Positions 20,136-29,775 of a DNA stretch of 64,000 nucleotides are shown here, one piece after another. The stretch is taken from assembly GCA_964580825.1 (NCBI GenBank), contig CAZOLB010000001.1, forward strand, positions 3,066-67,065, in the 5' to 3' direction. The stretch's first letter is position 1, and every line of letters starts with the position of its first letter. The notes beneath the pieces were generated by a model, which had not been told where the DNA came from, did no database searches, and was given only the letters and a program-made list of their open reading frames with translations. Both the position numbers and the translations under genes were made by a program. The DNA is from an uncultured Gammaproteobacteria bacterium. Its GTDB lineage: Bacteria; Patescibacteriota; Patescibacteriia; UBA2591; UBA6264.

Positions 20136-21243
20136 CCGTCTTTTTAAAACCAAACTGCCGAAAGGAAAAGAAAACAATTAAACAGCTAGCTAAGGCAATT
20201 AAAAAAAACAAAGCAATCACTTTGCCCGTAGTCCTGGCAAATAAGGAAATAAATCCAAAAAAAACCGCAACTAACCAATAAAAGATAGCTGTCCCGCGAT
20301 GTGAAAATCCAATGTTTAATAAGCGGAAATGGAGATGTTTCTGATCACCTGAAAACGGCGAACGATGTTCAATAAAAATTCTTTGAATAACCACGCTAAT
20401 AAGATCGATGATTGCCAAGCCGAGAATTAAAAAAGTGGTTGCCAATTTGCCGCCTGAAATTATTGCCAAAATTCCCAATATAAAACCGGCAAAAAGACTC
20501 CCTCCTTCGCCTAAAAAAATCTTTGCCGGATGGAAATTAAAAACCAAAAATCCTAAACCAGCGCCGGCTAAAATCAAGGCCATTATTCCAATGTCAGGCT
20601 GATAAAACCTGGTTAAAAAACAAAGTCCGGCAATAGTTAAAGATCCGATAACCGTCATTCCCGAGACCAAGCCATCCAGTCCGTCGAGCAATTTGGTGGC
20701 ATACATTAAAACCATTAACCAAATAAAAGTTATAATATCAGCAAGAGGCGTAAAATAATATGGAATTCCGTTTAGACGGATTATCTCAATTTTTACCTTG
20801 TCAAAATATAAATAACCTTCTCTTAAAGGATTATTAATAAACTCAATGCCGATGCCGCTGGCAATAACCGCCAAACAAGCCAAAATCGGCCAAATAATCT
20901 GTTTCTGCGGTTTTACATTGTATTTATCATCTAAAAACCCCCCGACCATTAAAAACAAGCCGGCAATAAATATGCCCGCTAAATGTTTAATTGGGATTTT
21001 CCTGATAAATCCGCCTAATTCCGGAATTAAATTCCAGGGGTTAAAATAAATAATAAACAAAACAATAAAGAAAACGATGAAAATAGCCGTCCCGCCTAAA
21101 AGAGGCGTCGCTTCACGATGAATTTTACGCTCTATCACTCCCGCATAATCAAGAATTCGCCATTTTATAGCCAAACGGCGAATCAAAAAAGTAAAAACAA
21201 CCGAAAGAATAAAACCAATTAAAAATAAAATTAAGAACAACAT
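20122..21243 (-). CDS. MraY/WecA-family undecaprenyl-phosphate GlcNAc-1-P transferase
   Basis: RKIH..TPLLGG, GFLDD, LDGLDGL, FNFHPAKIFLGEGGS, HLHFRL. Confidence 0.92.
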   Translation of the reverse strand: MLFLILFLIGFILSVVFTFLIRRLAIKWRILDYAGVIERKIHREATPLLGGTAIFIVFFIVLFIIYFNPWNLIPELGGFIRKIPIKHLAGIFIAGLFLMVGGFLDDKYNVKPQKQIIWPILACLAVIASGIGIEFINNPLREGYLYFDKVKIEIIRLNGIPYYFTPLADIITFIWLMVLMYATKLLDGLDGLVSGMTVIGSLTIAGLCFLTRFYQPDIGIMALILAGAGLGFLVFNFHPAKIFLGEGGSLFAGFILGILAIISGGKLATTFLILGLAIIDLISVVIQRIFIEHRSPFSGDQKHLHFRLLNIGFSHRGTAIFYWLVAVFFGFISLFARTTGKVIALFFLIALASCLIVFFSFRQFGFKKTVEKK

Positions 21244-21253
21244 AATTAAGCAA

Positions 21254-21685
21254 TTAAGGATTAGAAATTAAATTATCCAACCTGTCGAGATAATCCTGTA
21301 AAATAATTGTTGCGGCGATAGCATGTTCATTTTTATCTTCGCCCGACAATCTCTTTGCTTCCTGGCTGGTCAATCGCTCGTCGAAACCAATAACTGGAAC
21401 ATTTATCTCCCTTTTCAGCGTCTCAATAAATCTGTCAATAACTTTTGTCTGCTCCGTAACCATCCCCGATAAACCTAATGGCCGACCGATAACAATTTTT
21501 TCTATTTTTTCTTTTCCAATGATTTCTTTTAAGGTCTTTAACAAAATAGAATTATTTTTGTTGGTTAAAATTTTGTACGGCATGGCGATTGGCGGACAGC
21601 TATTAAAACCTTTGTTCTCAATCAACGAACCAAAAGCAATGGCCACGCCTACCCATTTTTTTCCATAATCAACAGCTAAAATCAT
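21254..21685 (-). CDS. ruvX: YqgF/RuvX family nuclease
   Basis: ILAVDYGKKWVGVA, IVIGRP, FDERLTS, AATIILQDYL. Confidence 0.9.
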   Translation of the reverse strand: MILAVDYGKKWVGVAIAFGSLIENKGFNSCPPIAMPYKILTNKNNSILLKTLKEIIGKEKIEKIVIGRPLGLSGMVTEQTKVIDRFIETLKREINVPVIGFDERLTSQEAKRLSGEDKNEHAIAATIILQDYLDRLDNLISNP

Positions 21686-21754
21686 AATAATATTATAACA
21701 AAAGGACAAAAGAACAAAAGAACCTCTGTTTCATATCTATTAATAATAATCGAA

Positions 21755-21793
21755 AAAATAAAAGACCGCTGGCAGTATCGTATCGCAGCGGTC
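21755..21793 (-). terminator. Intrinsic terminator downstream of the candidate ncRNA
   Basis: Minus strand reads GACCGCTG-loop-CAGCGGTC followed by TTTTATTTTT. Confidence 0.7.
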
Positions 21794-21824
21794 ATCTATC
21801 ACGACCCCATCGGGGATTACATAC

Positions 21825-22002
21825 GGGACCAAGGGGAGTTTTCTTCGCCTTTTCTCAAGAGTTACTTGCTTCTTCACTCCTTAGAAACGTTCCCCCCTTT
21901 TAGCGGGTTGAGATCTCTTATGCGAAACCCTCACCCAACCCTCACCCCATGAAAACTCTCTCTTGTCCCGGGACAAGAGCTTTGATTTCATCCCTCGGTC
22001 CC
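21825..22002 (-). ncRNA. Candidate structured ncRNA of ~180 nt (6S-like size and closing stem; identity unproven)
   Basis: GC-rich island. 5' GGGACCGAGGG pairs with 3' CCCTTGGTCCC; GAGTTTTC/GAAAACTC and GGGTTGGG/CTCAACCC can pair internally. Upstream TGCTATACT promoter, downstream terminator. Confidence 0.5.
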
Positions 22003-22016
22003 TCTCACTATTTAAT

Positions 22017-22062
22017 AGTATAGCACCTTAAATAAAAAAAACAAGGAGTTACCTGTGGATAA
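22017..22062 (-). promoter_or_regulatory. Extended -10 promoter and perfect DnaA box upstream of the candidate ncRNA
   Basis: TGCTATACT with TATACT at 22017-22022; TTATCCACA on the minus strand at 22054-22062. Confidence 0.55.
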
Positions 22063-22078
22063 TTCTGAAAAAATAACT

Positions 22079-22840
22079 TTAAATTTTTGTTAAAATCTCT
22101 GATCCAGTTTTAGTGACTAATATTGTATGCTCAAAATGGGCGGACAAACTGCCGTCGCTGGTAACAATAGTCCAACCATCGTCCAAAATTTTCACTTTCC
22201 AATCGCCAATATTAACCATTGGCTCGACGGCTAAGACCATTCCCGCTTTTAAAATTGGGCCGGCTCCCTTTTTTCCATAATTTAAAATAGTCGGCTCTTC
22301 ATGAAGTTCTTTACCAATGCCGTGGCCGGAAAGATGGCGAACAACCGAAAACCCCCTTTTTTCCACACAAGACTGGATTGCCTGAGATAAATCGCCTAAA
22401 TAGGCGCCTGGTTTTATTTTTTTTACGGCCAGCGCTAATGATTTTTCGGTCACCTTAATCAATTTTCCAGCTTTTTTTGAAATTTGCCCTATCGGAACAG
22501 TTACTGCCATGTCGGCGTAATAACCTTGGTATTTCAAGCCGCAATCCAAACCAATAATATCGCCGACTTTAAGAATTTGATTCTCTTCAGGAATCGCATG
22601 GACTACCTGATTATTGACCGAAGCGCAGAGAACGGCAGGATAAACTCTTCCCCTATCCTTAAAGCCTTTAAAAGCCGGCTCGGCGCCAGCCTTTAAAATT
22701 AAATCTTCGGCTAGTTGGTCTAAAAAAAAAGTAGAAACGCCTTCTTCTGTCCGCGAAACCACTTCTTTCATCACTCCTGCCAAAAGACGACCGGCTCGAC
22801 GCATTATTTCAATTTCCTTTTCCGTTTTTATGGGAATCAT
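22079..22840 (-). CDS. map: Methionine aminopeptidase type I
   Basis: CASVNNQVVHAIP, GHGIGKELHEEP, AVEPM, SAHFEHT. Confidence 0.98.
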   Translation of the reverse strand: MIPIKTEKEIEIMRRAGRLLAGVMKEVVSRTEEGVSTFFLDQLAEDLILKAGAEPAFKGFKDRGRVYPAVLCASVNNQVVHAIPEENQILKVGDIIGLDCGLKYQGYYADMAVTVPIGQISKKAGKLIKVTEKSLALAVKKIKPGAYLGDLSQAIQSCVEKRGFSVVRHLSGHGIGKELHEEPTILNYGKKGAGPILKAGMVLAVEPMVNIGDWKVKILDDGWTIVTSDGSLSAHFEHTILVTKTGSEILTKI

Positions 22841-22918
22841 ATTCCCTCGTTTCGCTCAATTAAATTCAAAGGTAAAACGCATCCTTTTTGTCTTCCTAAC
22901 CATTCTAATATTTTACCT

Positions 22919-23569
22919 TCAAATTTTTAATTTTTTCAAAATATCTTTAAAAACCTTTTTTACCGGCTGTTCGCCGTTAACTTTAATCAACATATCTTTT
23001 TCCCGATAATACTCGATAGCCGGCATCACTTTTTCGTCAAACCAGCTCAACCTTTTTCTAATTGCCACCCCGTCAATATCGTAATCCCTAACCACTATCT
23101 CGCCGCTGCATTTGGGGCACTTTTTTTTATTTCGGCCGGCAAATACCGTTTTACACCGACTGCAAACCGAGCGATTTAAAAGACGCCTAAGCGACTCTTT
23201 ATTACCCACGTTAATCCAAATGGCGTAAATCTCTCCCTGAATCCTCGAGTTATTCATTAATTTATCCAGATCTCTGGCCTGACCAATCGTTCGAGGATAA
23301 CCGTCTACAAGAATGCCTCTTTTGGTTTTTATTTTTCTAAACGCCTCTTGAACTAAACCTAACATTATTTTATCGGGACAATGTCGCCCACTTTTATGTA
23401 TTTTATGCACTTTTTTCCCCAATTCAGAATTCTCTTTTGCTTTTTGCCTCACCAATTCTCCCGCTTCTATCTTTTGCAGATTATATTTCTTAATTAAAAA
23501 CTCGGCTTGAGTACCCTTACCCGACCCAGCCGGCCCTAAAAGAATAATATTTAAAATTTTCTTGGACAT
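22919..23569 (-). CDS. adk: Adenylate kinase
   Basis: GPAGSGKGTQA, DGYPRT, short Zn-type LID (CSRC...CPKC); located between secY and map. Confidence 0.93.
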   Translation of the reverse strand: MSKKILNIILLGPAGSGKGTQAEFLIKKYNLQKIEAGELVRQKAKENSELGKKVHKIHKSGRHCPDKIMLGLVQEAFRKIKTKRGILVDGYPRTIGQARDLDKLMNNSRIQGEIYAIWINVGNKESLRRLLNRSVCSRCKTVFAGRNKKKCPKCSGEIVVRDYDIDGVAIRKRLSWFDEKVMPAIEYYREKDMLIKVNGEQPVKKVFKDILKKLKI

Positions 23570-23595
23570 AGAATCGTATTTCACTAATTAATATC

Positions 23596-24873
23596 TTATA
23601 GCCCTTCGTACTCATGCATTGAAATTTGGGCCTGAATTTGCTTAACCGTTTCCAAAACCACGCTAACGACAATCAAAATCGCCGCTCCCCCTACAACAAA
23701 AGCAGACATTTTAAAAAGATTCTGCGTAATAATCGGCAGAACGGCAATCAATCCCAACGACAGCGCTCCCGCCAGCATTATTCGGTTGCTAACATTGGAT
23801 AAATATTTCGCTGTCGGTTGTCCAGGCCTTAAACCAGGAACAAATCCTCCTTGTTTCTGTAAATTATCGGCAATTTGGATTGGGTGAAAAATAATACTGG
23901 TATAAAAATAAGTAAAAGCCACCACTAATATAAAATAAGTAATGCCGTAAATCAATTGATTTTGCGTAAAATTTGCCAGAATTCGACCAATTCCCGCCAC
24001 TAAACCCGAACCAGATCTTGTCATAAGCTGCCCGATTAAGCCGGGGAAAAGAACAATGGAAATCGCAAAAATAATAGGAATCATTCCAGCCTGATTAACC
24101 CTCAAGGGCAAATAAGTATCCATGCCTCCATACATGCGGTTGCCGCGAATTCGGCGGGCATAAGTAACCGGAATATTCCGCTGTGCCTCCGTTATAATTA
24201 CCACGCCGGCGACGGTAATCAAAGCTAAAAACAGCAAAACCGCCATATTTATTAACTGCTCCTTGGAAAAAGTGGCGATGACCTGCTGTAAAGAAACGGG
24301 CAATCTTTCAACTATACCGGCGAAAATTATCAAGGAAATACCATTGCCTATTTTCTTTTCAGTAATCAGTTCTCCTAACCACATTAGAAACATTGTTCCG
24401 GCCGACATTACCACCAGCATGCGGATTAAGTCAAATTTTGACGAAAAACTGACAATCGACTGCGACGATTGCCGGAAAATCATTATCATTCCGTACGATT
24501 GCAATAAAGCCAAAGGAACGGTTAATAAACGAGAATATTGGTTAATCTTCTGGTATCCGCTCGACCCTTCTTTACTTAATTCTTCCAATTTGGGAAAAAT
24601 CATGGTCAAAAGCTGCATAATAATGGAAGCGGTAATGTAGGGAGCAACGCCCATCGCCACAATGGAAAAATTAGCCATAGCACCCCCGGAAAGAATATTC
24701 AACATCCCCAGCATTTCATTGCGAGAAAATAAATCTTTAAGATTGGCAAGGTTGATGCCCGGCAACGGAATATGAGAAGCGATTCTGAAAATCACCAACA
24801 TGGCGATAACAAAAATCAAATTATTTCTCAAATCTTTAATTTGCCAAATTTGTCTTATTTTCTCAAAAATCAT
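23596..24873 (-). CDS. secY: Preprotein translocase SecY
   Basis: GVAPYITASIIMQLL, GNGISLIIF, NQAGMIPIIFA, PGLRPG. Confidence 0.98.
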   Translation of the reverse strand: MIFEKIRQIWQIKDLRNNLIFVIAMLVIFRIASHIPLPGINLANLKDLFSRNEMLGMLNILSGGAMANFSIVAMGVAPYITASIIMQLLTMIFPKLEELSKEGSSGYQKINQYSRLLTVPLALLQSYGMIMIFRQSSQSIVSFSSKFDLIRMLVVMSAGTMFLMWLGELITEKKIGNGISLIIFAGIVERLPVSLQQVIATFSKEQLINMAVLLFLALITVAGVVIITEAQRNIPVTYARRIRGNRMYGGMDTYLPLRVNQAGMIPIIFAISIVLFPGLIGQLMTRSGSGLVAGIGRILANFTQNQLIYGITYFILVVAFTYFYTSIIFHPIQIADNLQKQGGFVPGLRPGQPTAKYLSNVSNRIMLAGALSLGLIAVLPIITQNLFKMSAFVVGGAAILIVVSVVLETVKQIQAQISMHEYEGL

Positions 24874-24886
24874 AAATCCCTTATTT

Positions 24887-25348
24887 TTATTTATTGATGA
24901 TGATGACCCGGCTGCCGGCTTTTTCTATGGCTTCTTTGGCTTTTTTAGAAAAAGCATGGGCTTCAATCCTCGCTGGCAACGATATTTTTTTGTCAGACAA
25001 GGGGTTATATAAAATTTTAACTCTTTGACGGCTGTTTTTTATCAATTCGGCGGCGATCAACTCTTTTAAGCCGACAACTTCGGTATTTTTGAATTTTTTT
25101 TGGATACCCTCTAAAGAAATAATTTGGAATTTGGGGATTAAAGATTTAAAACCGCTAAATTTGGGAAAACTTTTAATATTTCGTTTTAAACCTTTTATTT
25201 TAAGGCCCCTTTTTCCTCCTGATCTTGAACGTTGGCCCTTTTGGCCGCGACCGCAATAAGCACCATGCCCCGAAGCATTGCCTCGACCTCGGCGTTTACG
25301 ACGATGTTTTGAATTCGATTTTACTTGTAAATTAGAAAGGTTAATCAT
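24887..25348 (-). CDS. rplO: 50S ribosomal protein L15
   Basis: GRGNASGHGAYCGRGQKGQRSRSG. Confidence 0.95.
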   Translation of the reverse strand: MINLSNLQVKSNSKHRRKRRGRGNASGHGAYCGRGQKGQRSRSGGKRGLKIKGLKRNIKSFPKFSGFKSLIPKFQIISLEGIQKKFKNTEVVGLKELIAAELIKNSRQRVKILYNPLSDKKISLPARIEAHAFSKKAKEAIEKAGSRVIIINK

Positions 25349-25377
25349 AAATACTTTAACTAAAAATTATCTGTTGC

Positions 25378-25878
25378 TTATTTGGCCTTTTTGTCAATTC
25401 TCGGCTTTAAAGCGCTTAAAGCATTAATAGCGGCGCGAACGTTATTAATTTTGTTCTTTGACCCTAATATTTTAGCCGTAACATTCTTCACTCCCGCCAA
25501 AGTTAAAATTGATCTTACTGCTCCGCCCGCGACGATTCCATGCCCTTTAGAGGCCGGTCTAAGCAAAATTCGAGCCGCTCCATATTTCATTTTAATCCAA
25601 TAAGGGATCGTGCCATTGATGAATTCGACATTTATTAAATTTTTATTGGCTTGACGCACTGCTTTTTCAATAGCCATTGATACGTCGGCCCCCTTAGCCA
25701 CTCCTACGCCGACCTTACCCTTGCGGTCTCCTATGGCAATACAAGCTCGAAAACTCAAACGTTTTCCCCCTTTAACCACTCTGGTTACTCGCGCCAAATC
25801 GATTAACCGCTGTTCAAACTCCGGTTTAGTGCCAACCTCGGGCAAAGATCTGCTTTTTACTCTCCTTTCTTTAACCAT
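25378..25878 (-). CDS. rpsE: 30S ribosomal protein S5
   Basis: RVTRVVKGGKRLSF, GIVAGG. Confidence 0.97.
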   Translation of the reverse strand: MVKERRVKSRSLPEVGTKPEFEQRLIDLARVTRVVKGGKRLSFRACIAIGDRKGKVGVGVAKGADVSMAIEKAVRQANKNLINVEFINGTIPYWIKMKYGAARILLRPASKGHGIVAGGAVRSILTLAGVKNVTAKILGSKNKINNVRAAINALSALKPRIDKKAK

Positions 25879-25949
25879 AATATTAAACTATCATCTTATA
25901 AAAATATATTTTAATTAAATCACCATAATCTCAATTCCAACGACTTTTT

Positions 25950-26321
25950 TTAAAATTCCAATCCGCCCGCCCTTGCCCCTTCGGCTACGGCCTTCACTCG
26001 GCCATGATATTTATATCCTCCTCTGTCAAAAACCGTTCGTCTTATCCCCCTTTCAAGCGCTTTCTGCGCCAAAAGTTTTCCTATCTCAAGAGCCACGGCT
26101 GTTTTGTTAATAGTCGCTTTTTCTTTTTTACCTTCGATTTTAGGCAGGACTTCCTGCACCCTAGCCGCCACCAACGTCTGTCCACGGCTGTCATCAATCA
26201 ACTGAGCATAAATATACCTATTGCTTCTAAAAACACAAAGTCTTGGCTTTTGAGTGGTGCCGTAAATCTTGCTGCGTCCCCGCCGATGCCGCATTTGCCT
26301 TTGATGATGTTTTATTAACAT
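25950..26321 (-). CDS. rplR: 50S ribosomal protein L18
   Basis: [31 protein letters not shown]. Confidence 0.97.
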   Translation of the reverse strand: MLIKHHQRQMRHRRGRSKIYGTTQKPRLCVFRSNRYIYAQLIDDSRGQTLVAARVQEVLPKIEGKKEKATINKTAVALEIGKLLAQKALERGIRRTVFDRGGYKYHGRVKAVAEGARAGGLEF

Positions 26322-26348
26322 ATCTTTTTATTTAAATAAACCTGAACC

Positions 26349-26897
26349 TTATTTACTTGAAGCGACCGCTTTCTTTCCGGCTTTCCTTTTAATAAATTCG
26401 CCAAAATATTTAATCCCCTTGCCCTTGTAGGGTTCCGGTTTTTTTAAACGTCTAATCCGAGCGGCTGTTTCTCCCACCAACTGTTTATCAACGCCCCTAA
26501 TGATAATAATATTCTGTTCCACTTTTATTCCAATGCCTTGGGGAATCAAAAAATCAACTGAATGAGAAAAGCCGATATTAAGAGTCAATTTCCCATTACC
26601 GACCTGGGCTCGATAACCGACTCCAACCAATTCTAATTTCTTTTCAAATTCCTCATTCACTCCTTTAATCATATTTGAAATCAAACGAGCGAATGTCCCC
26701 CAAAGAGATCTTTGATTTTTTATTTCAGAATTTTCAACGGATAATTTTATTTGTTCGTCTTTTATTTCAATATTCAAAAAATCCGGCAATTTCTGTCTTA
26801 ATTCTCCTTTCGGACCTTTAACAAAAACCTCTTTTGCCTCCGCTTTTACTTCGACGGAGGAAGGGATAAAAATTACTTGTCTACCTACTCTCGACAT
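26349..26897 (-). CDS. rplF: 50S ribosomal protein L6
   Basis: MSRVG, GVGYRA, PEPYKGKGIKY. Confidence 0.97.
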   Translation of the reverse strand: MSRVGRQVIFIPSSVEVKAEAKEVFVKGPKGELRQKLPDFLNIEIKDEQIKLSVENSEIKNQRSLWGTFARLISNMIKGVNEEFEKKLELVGVGYRAQVGNGKLTLNIGFSHSVDFLIPQGIGIKVEQNIIIIRGVDKQLVGETAARIRRLKKPEPYKGKGIKYFGEFIKRKAGKKAVASSK

Positions 26898-26959
26898 ACA
26901 CTCTATAAAATAATTCCAATCTATATAAACACTTATATGAGATTATACTTTATCAAAAA

Positions 26960-27391
26960 CTAATATATCTCGCAAATTAATTCCCCTCCCAACCTGTTTT
27001 TGCGGGCCCTTTGACCGGTCATTAAACCTTGGGGAGTGGATAAAATAACCATTCCTAATCCGCTTAAAACAGACGGTATCTTATCTTTCTTTACATAAAT
27101 GCGTTGACCGGGGCGGCTAATCCTCTTTAAACTTTTAATCGCCGACTGTCCCTGTTTGTCATATTTCAGGGCGATTTTTATCTGCTTAAAAGACGTATTA
27201 TTAAAAATATCCTCTCCTGTCTCTCCTTCTCCCGCCGAAGAAAAAATTTCCGCCTTTTCAATCCAATGCTCTTCTTCCAGAATTTTAGCCAAGTCATACT
27301 TAATTCTGGAATAAGGCAAAATCACTTCCGTTTTTTTGACGGCGATAATATTACGCATTCTTGTTAACATGTCGGCTATTGGATCTGTCAT
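26960..27391 (-). CDS. rpsH: 30S ribosomal protein S8
   Basis: MTDPIADMLTR, ISRPGQRIY, LSTPQG. Confidence 0.97.
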   Translation of the reverse strand: MTDPIADMLTRMRNIIAVKKTEVILPYSRIKYDLAKILEEEHWIEKAEIFSSAGEGETGEDIFNNTSFKQIKIALKYDKQGQSAIKSLKRISRPGQRIYVKKDKIPSVLSGLGMVILSTPQGLMTGQRARKNRLGGELICEIY

Positions 27392-27518
27392 AAGCGCATA
27401 CTAAAACTAAAAATAAAAAATATAAGAATATTTATTTGACAACTTTTTTAAATTAAGACTCCGATATTTTTTCATTTTTTTGGTATGTATTTTTTATATT
27501 TTATATTCTATTTAAAAA

Positions 27519-27704
27519 CTACCAACTACTCTTTCTAACTCCCGGGATAACTCCTTTTGAGGCTAGTTCTCTAAAACAAATGCGGCAAACGCCAAACTCT
27601 CTCAGATATCCACGTCTTCTCCCGCAACGCCAACAACGCCGGATAACCCGAGTAGAGTATTTCGGTTTTCTTTTAGCTCTAATTATTTGGGATTTTTTAG
27701 CCAT
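27519..27704 (-). CDS. rpsN: 30S ribosomal protein S14 type Z (Zn-binding)
   Basis: 61 aa; RCWRCGR...[15 protein letters not shown]. Confidence 0.97.
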   Translation of the reverse strand: MAKKSQIIRAKRKPKYSTRVIRRCWRCGRRRGYLREFGVCRICFRELASKGVIPGVRKSSW

Positions 27705-27800
27705 ATTAATAACTAATTTTCATGAATCAATGGCGAATTCCTGCGAATCACAAATTCATGATTAATGATGATTTGTTTTTCAAATTCGTGGTAATCCGTT
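27702..27800. repeat. Dispersed (A)CGAAT/ATTCG spacer repeat, copy A
   Basis: 50/62 identity between 27702-27763 and 28696-28757. Confidence 0.75.
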
Positions 27801-27812
27801 ATATATTATTCC

Positions 27813-28352
27813 TTATCTGAATGGTATTCCAAATAACTTAAATAATTCTGTACCTTCTTCTTTATTTTTTGCCGTTGTCGATATCACCACCTGCAAACCG
27901 TGAACCTTTTCCATTTTCTCGGGATTTATCTCTGGGAAAACCGTTTGTTCTTTAAAGCCGATCGACAAATTTCCTCTTTCGTCCACGCTTTTTAGAGCAA
28001 TGCCGCGAAAATCTCTTATTCTTGGCAAGGCGATATTGATTAATTTTTCTAAAAAATCATACATTCTCGCCGACCTTAACACAACGCTCGCTCCCACGGT
28101 GCTTGAATCTCTTATTTTAAAACCGGCAATGGATTTCTTAGCTATGTTTAAAATCGGCCTTTGTCCGGTGATTCCCGATATTGTTTTCGCAACTATCTCG
28201 ACATACCGATGATCTTTTTCGGCCATATCCCGATTAATTCCAATATTAACGGTAATTTTTTGAATTTTAGGCACGGCCTGATTATTTTTATAACCAAAAC
28301 ATTTTTTCATTTCAGGGACAACTTCTTTCAAATATTTATGTTTAAAATTCAT
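27813..28352 (-). CDS. rplE: 50S ribosomal protein L5
   Basis: ITGQRP, SIAGFKIR, LPRIRDFRG, FPEI. Confidence 0.97.
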   Translation of the reverse strand: MNFKHKYLKEVVPEMKKCFGYKNNQAVPKIQKITVNIGINRDMAEKDHRYVEIVAKTISGITGQRPILNIAKKSIAGFKIRDSSTVGASVVLRSARMYDFLEKLINIALPRIRDFRGIALKSVDERGNLSIGFKEQTVFPEINPEKMEKVHGLQVVISTTAKNKEEGTELFKLFGIPFR

Positions 28353-28389
28353 ATTTATTAGCAATAATAAACTTCACAAGTTATAACCG

Positions 28390-28698
28390 CTATATTATTT
28401 CTTTACATTTTCGACAAAACCTTTTTTTCGCGCCATCGGCTAGTATTTTATAACCCACCCTTATCGCCTTTTTACATCGAGGACAGACGAGCATAATATT
28501 TGAAGCCGCCAAAGGCATGGCCATTTTGATTTTTTGCCCCTTTTCCCCTTCTCTTTTAGGCCGAATATGTTTAGTGACTAAATTCATCCCTTCCACTACC
28601 ATTCTCCCCTCTTTACTCAAAACCTTAAGCACCCGCCCTTTCTGGCCGCGGTCTTTACCTGTCAAAATCTCGACTATATCGTCTTTTTTAATACGCAT
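28390..28698 (-). CDS. rplX: 50S ribosomal protein L24
   Basis: KOW motif IKKDDIVEILTGKDRG. Confidence 0.96.
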   Translation of the reverse strand: MRIKKDDIVEILTGKDRGQKGRVLKVLSKEGRMVVEGMNLVTKHIRPKREGEKGQKIKMAMPLAASNIMLVCPRCKKAIRVGYKILADGAKKRFCRKCKEII

Positions 28699-28795
28699 AT
28701 TAATAGCTAATTTTTACGAATCTATGACGAACTTCCACGAATCACGAATTCGCGATTCGTATTCTATTCGTTTCTAAATTTGTGACGATGTTGTG
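28696..28795. repeat. Dispersed (A)CGAAT/ATTCG spacer repeat, copy B
   Basis: Homologous to 27702-27800; GAATCACGAATTCGCGATTC also recurs (19/20) in the rplN-rpsQ spacer at ~29211-29230. Confidence 0.75.
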
Positions 28796-28801
28796 TATTA
28801 T

Positions 28802-29173
28802 TTATAATACCTCTGGGGCCATTGAAATAATTTTTAAATACCCCTTTTCGCGCAATTCCCTTGCCACCGCGCCAAAAAGACGCGTGCCTTTCGGTTCTTT
28901 GGTTTTAACATCAATAATCACCGCGGCGTTATCGTCGAATCTGATATAAGTCCCGTCGGGACGCCTTGTCTCCTTTTTTGTCCTGACTATTAGTGCTTGA
29001 ATGACTTCCCCTTTTTTAACCATAGTGTGAGGGACCGCCTTTTTAATGGTGGCGGTAATAATATCTCCTATCCCGGCGTAGCGCCTTTTATAACCGCCCC
29101 AGACGCGAATACACATTATCTCTTTGGCGCCTGTATTGTCGATTATTTTTATTCTTGATTGGGCTTGAATCAT
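28802..29173 (-). CDS. rplN: 50S ribosomal protein L14
   Basis: [22 protein letters not shown]. Confidence 0.98.
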   Translation of the reverse strand: MIQAQSRIKIIDNTGAKEIMCIRVWGGYKRRYAGIGDIITATIKKAVPHTMVKKGEVIQALIVRTKKETRRPDGTYIRFDDNAAVIIDVKTKEPKGTRLFGAVARELREKGYLKIISMAPEVL

Positions 29174-29234
29174 ATAAACAACTAATCTCGAATTTAAAAC
29201 GAATTTTTAAGAATCACGAATCCGCGATTCTGTT

Positions 29235-29486
29235 TTATTCGTTTTTCAAATCCGCGGTAATTCGTTTAATTAATTTCCATTTTTTATCCCTTGATAAAGG
29301 CCGGCATTCCTCAAAAATAACTTTATCACCCACTTTGGCCTGATTATTCTCATCGTGAACTTTAAATTTTTTTCCGACGCGATATCTTTTTTTATATAAG
29401 GGATGTACTTTTATTCTTGTCACTCTAACAACAATAGTCTTTTTCATTTTGTCACTAATGACTTCGCCTTGAAACTTTTTTTTCAT
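29235..29486 (-). CDS. rpsQ: 30S ribosomal protein S17
   Basis: SDKMKKTIVV, HPLYKK, ECRPLS. Confidence 0.97.
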   Translation of the reverse strand: MKKKFQGEVISDKMKKTIVVRVTRIKVHPLYKKRYRVGKKFKVHDENNQAKVGDKVIFEECRPLSRDKKWKLIKRITADLKNE

Positions 29487-29522
29487 AGAAATTTACTTTT
29501 TATCGCGAATTAAAAACTGCAT

Positions 29523-29762
29523 TTATTCACTCTTGGATGGCACCCGTCTTGACATTTCTATTTGCGTTGATGAATAGTCTTTTGTATTCCGTAATACAGT
29601 GGCTATTTGGGCAATCGCCTTTTTTGCTTTTCTTATCTCGCGAACGTTCTTAAATTGTTTCAACTGAACGTCAAAACGCAATGTCCTTAATTTCTCTCGG
29701 CCTTCTCTTAGCATTCTTTCCAGTTCTTGTTTAGTTTTTTGTTTAATATCTTTTACTTGCAT
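29523..29762 (-). CDS. rpmC: 50S ribosomal protein L29
   Basis: LRFD...KNVREIRKAKKAIAQIAT; position between rplP and rpsQ. Confidence 0.92.
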   Translation of the reverse strand: MQVKDIKQKTKQELERMLREGREKLRTLRFDVQLKQFKNVREIRKAKKAIAQIATVLRNTKDYSSTQIEMSRRVPSKSE

Positions 29763-29775
29763 ATTTCAGAATAAA

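Noticed and set aside
21825-22002. RNase P, SRP or tmRNA identity for the candidate ncRNA
   Set aside because: Lacks GAGGAAAGTCC, the SRP domain IV motif and tRNA-like ends
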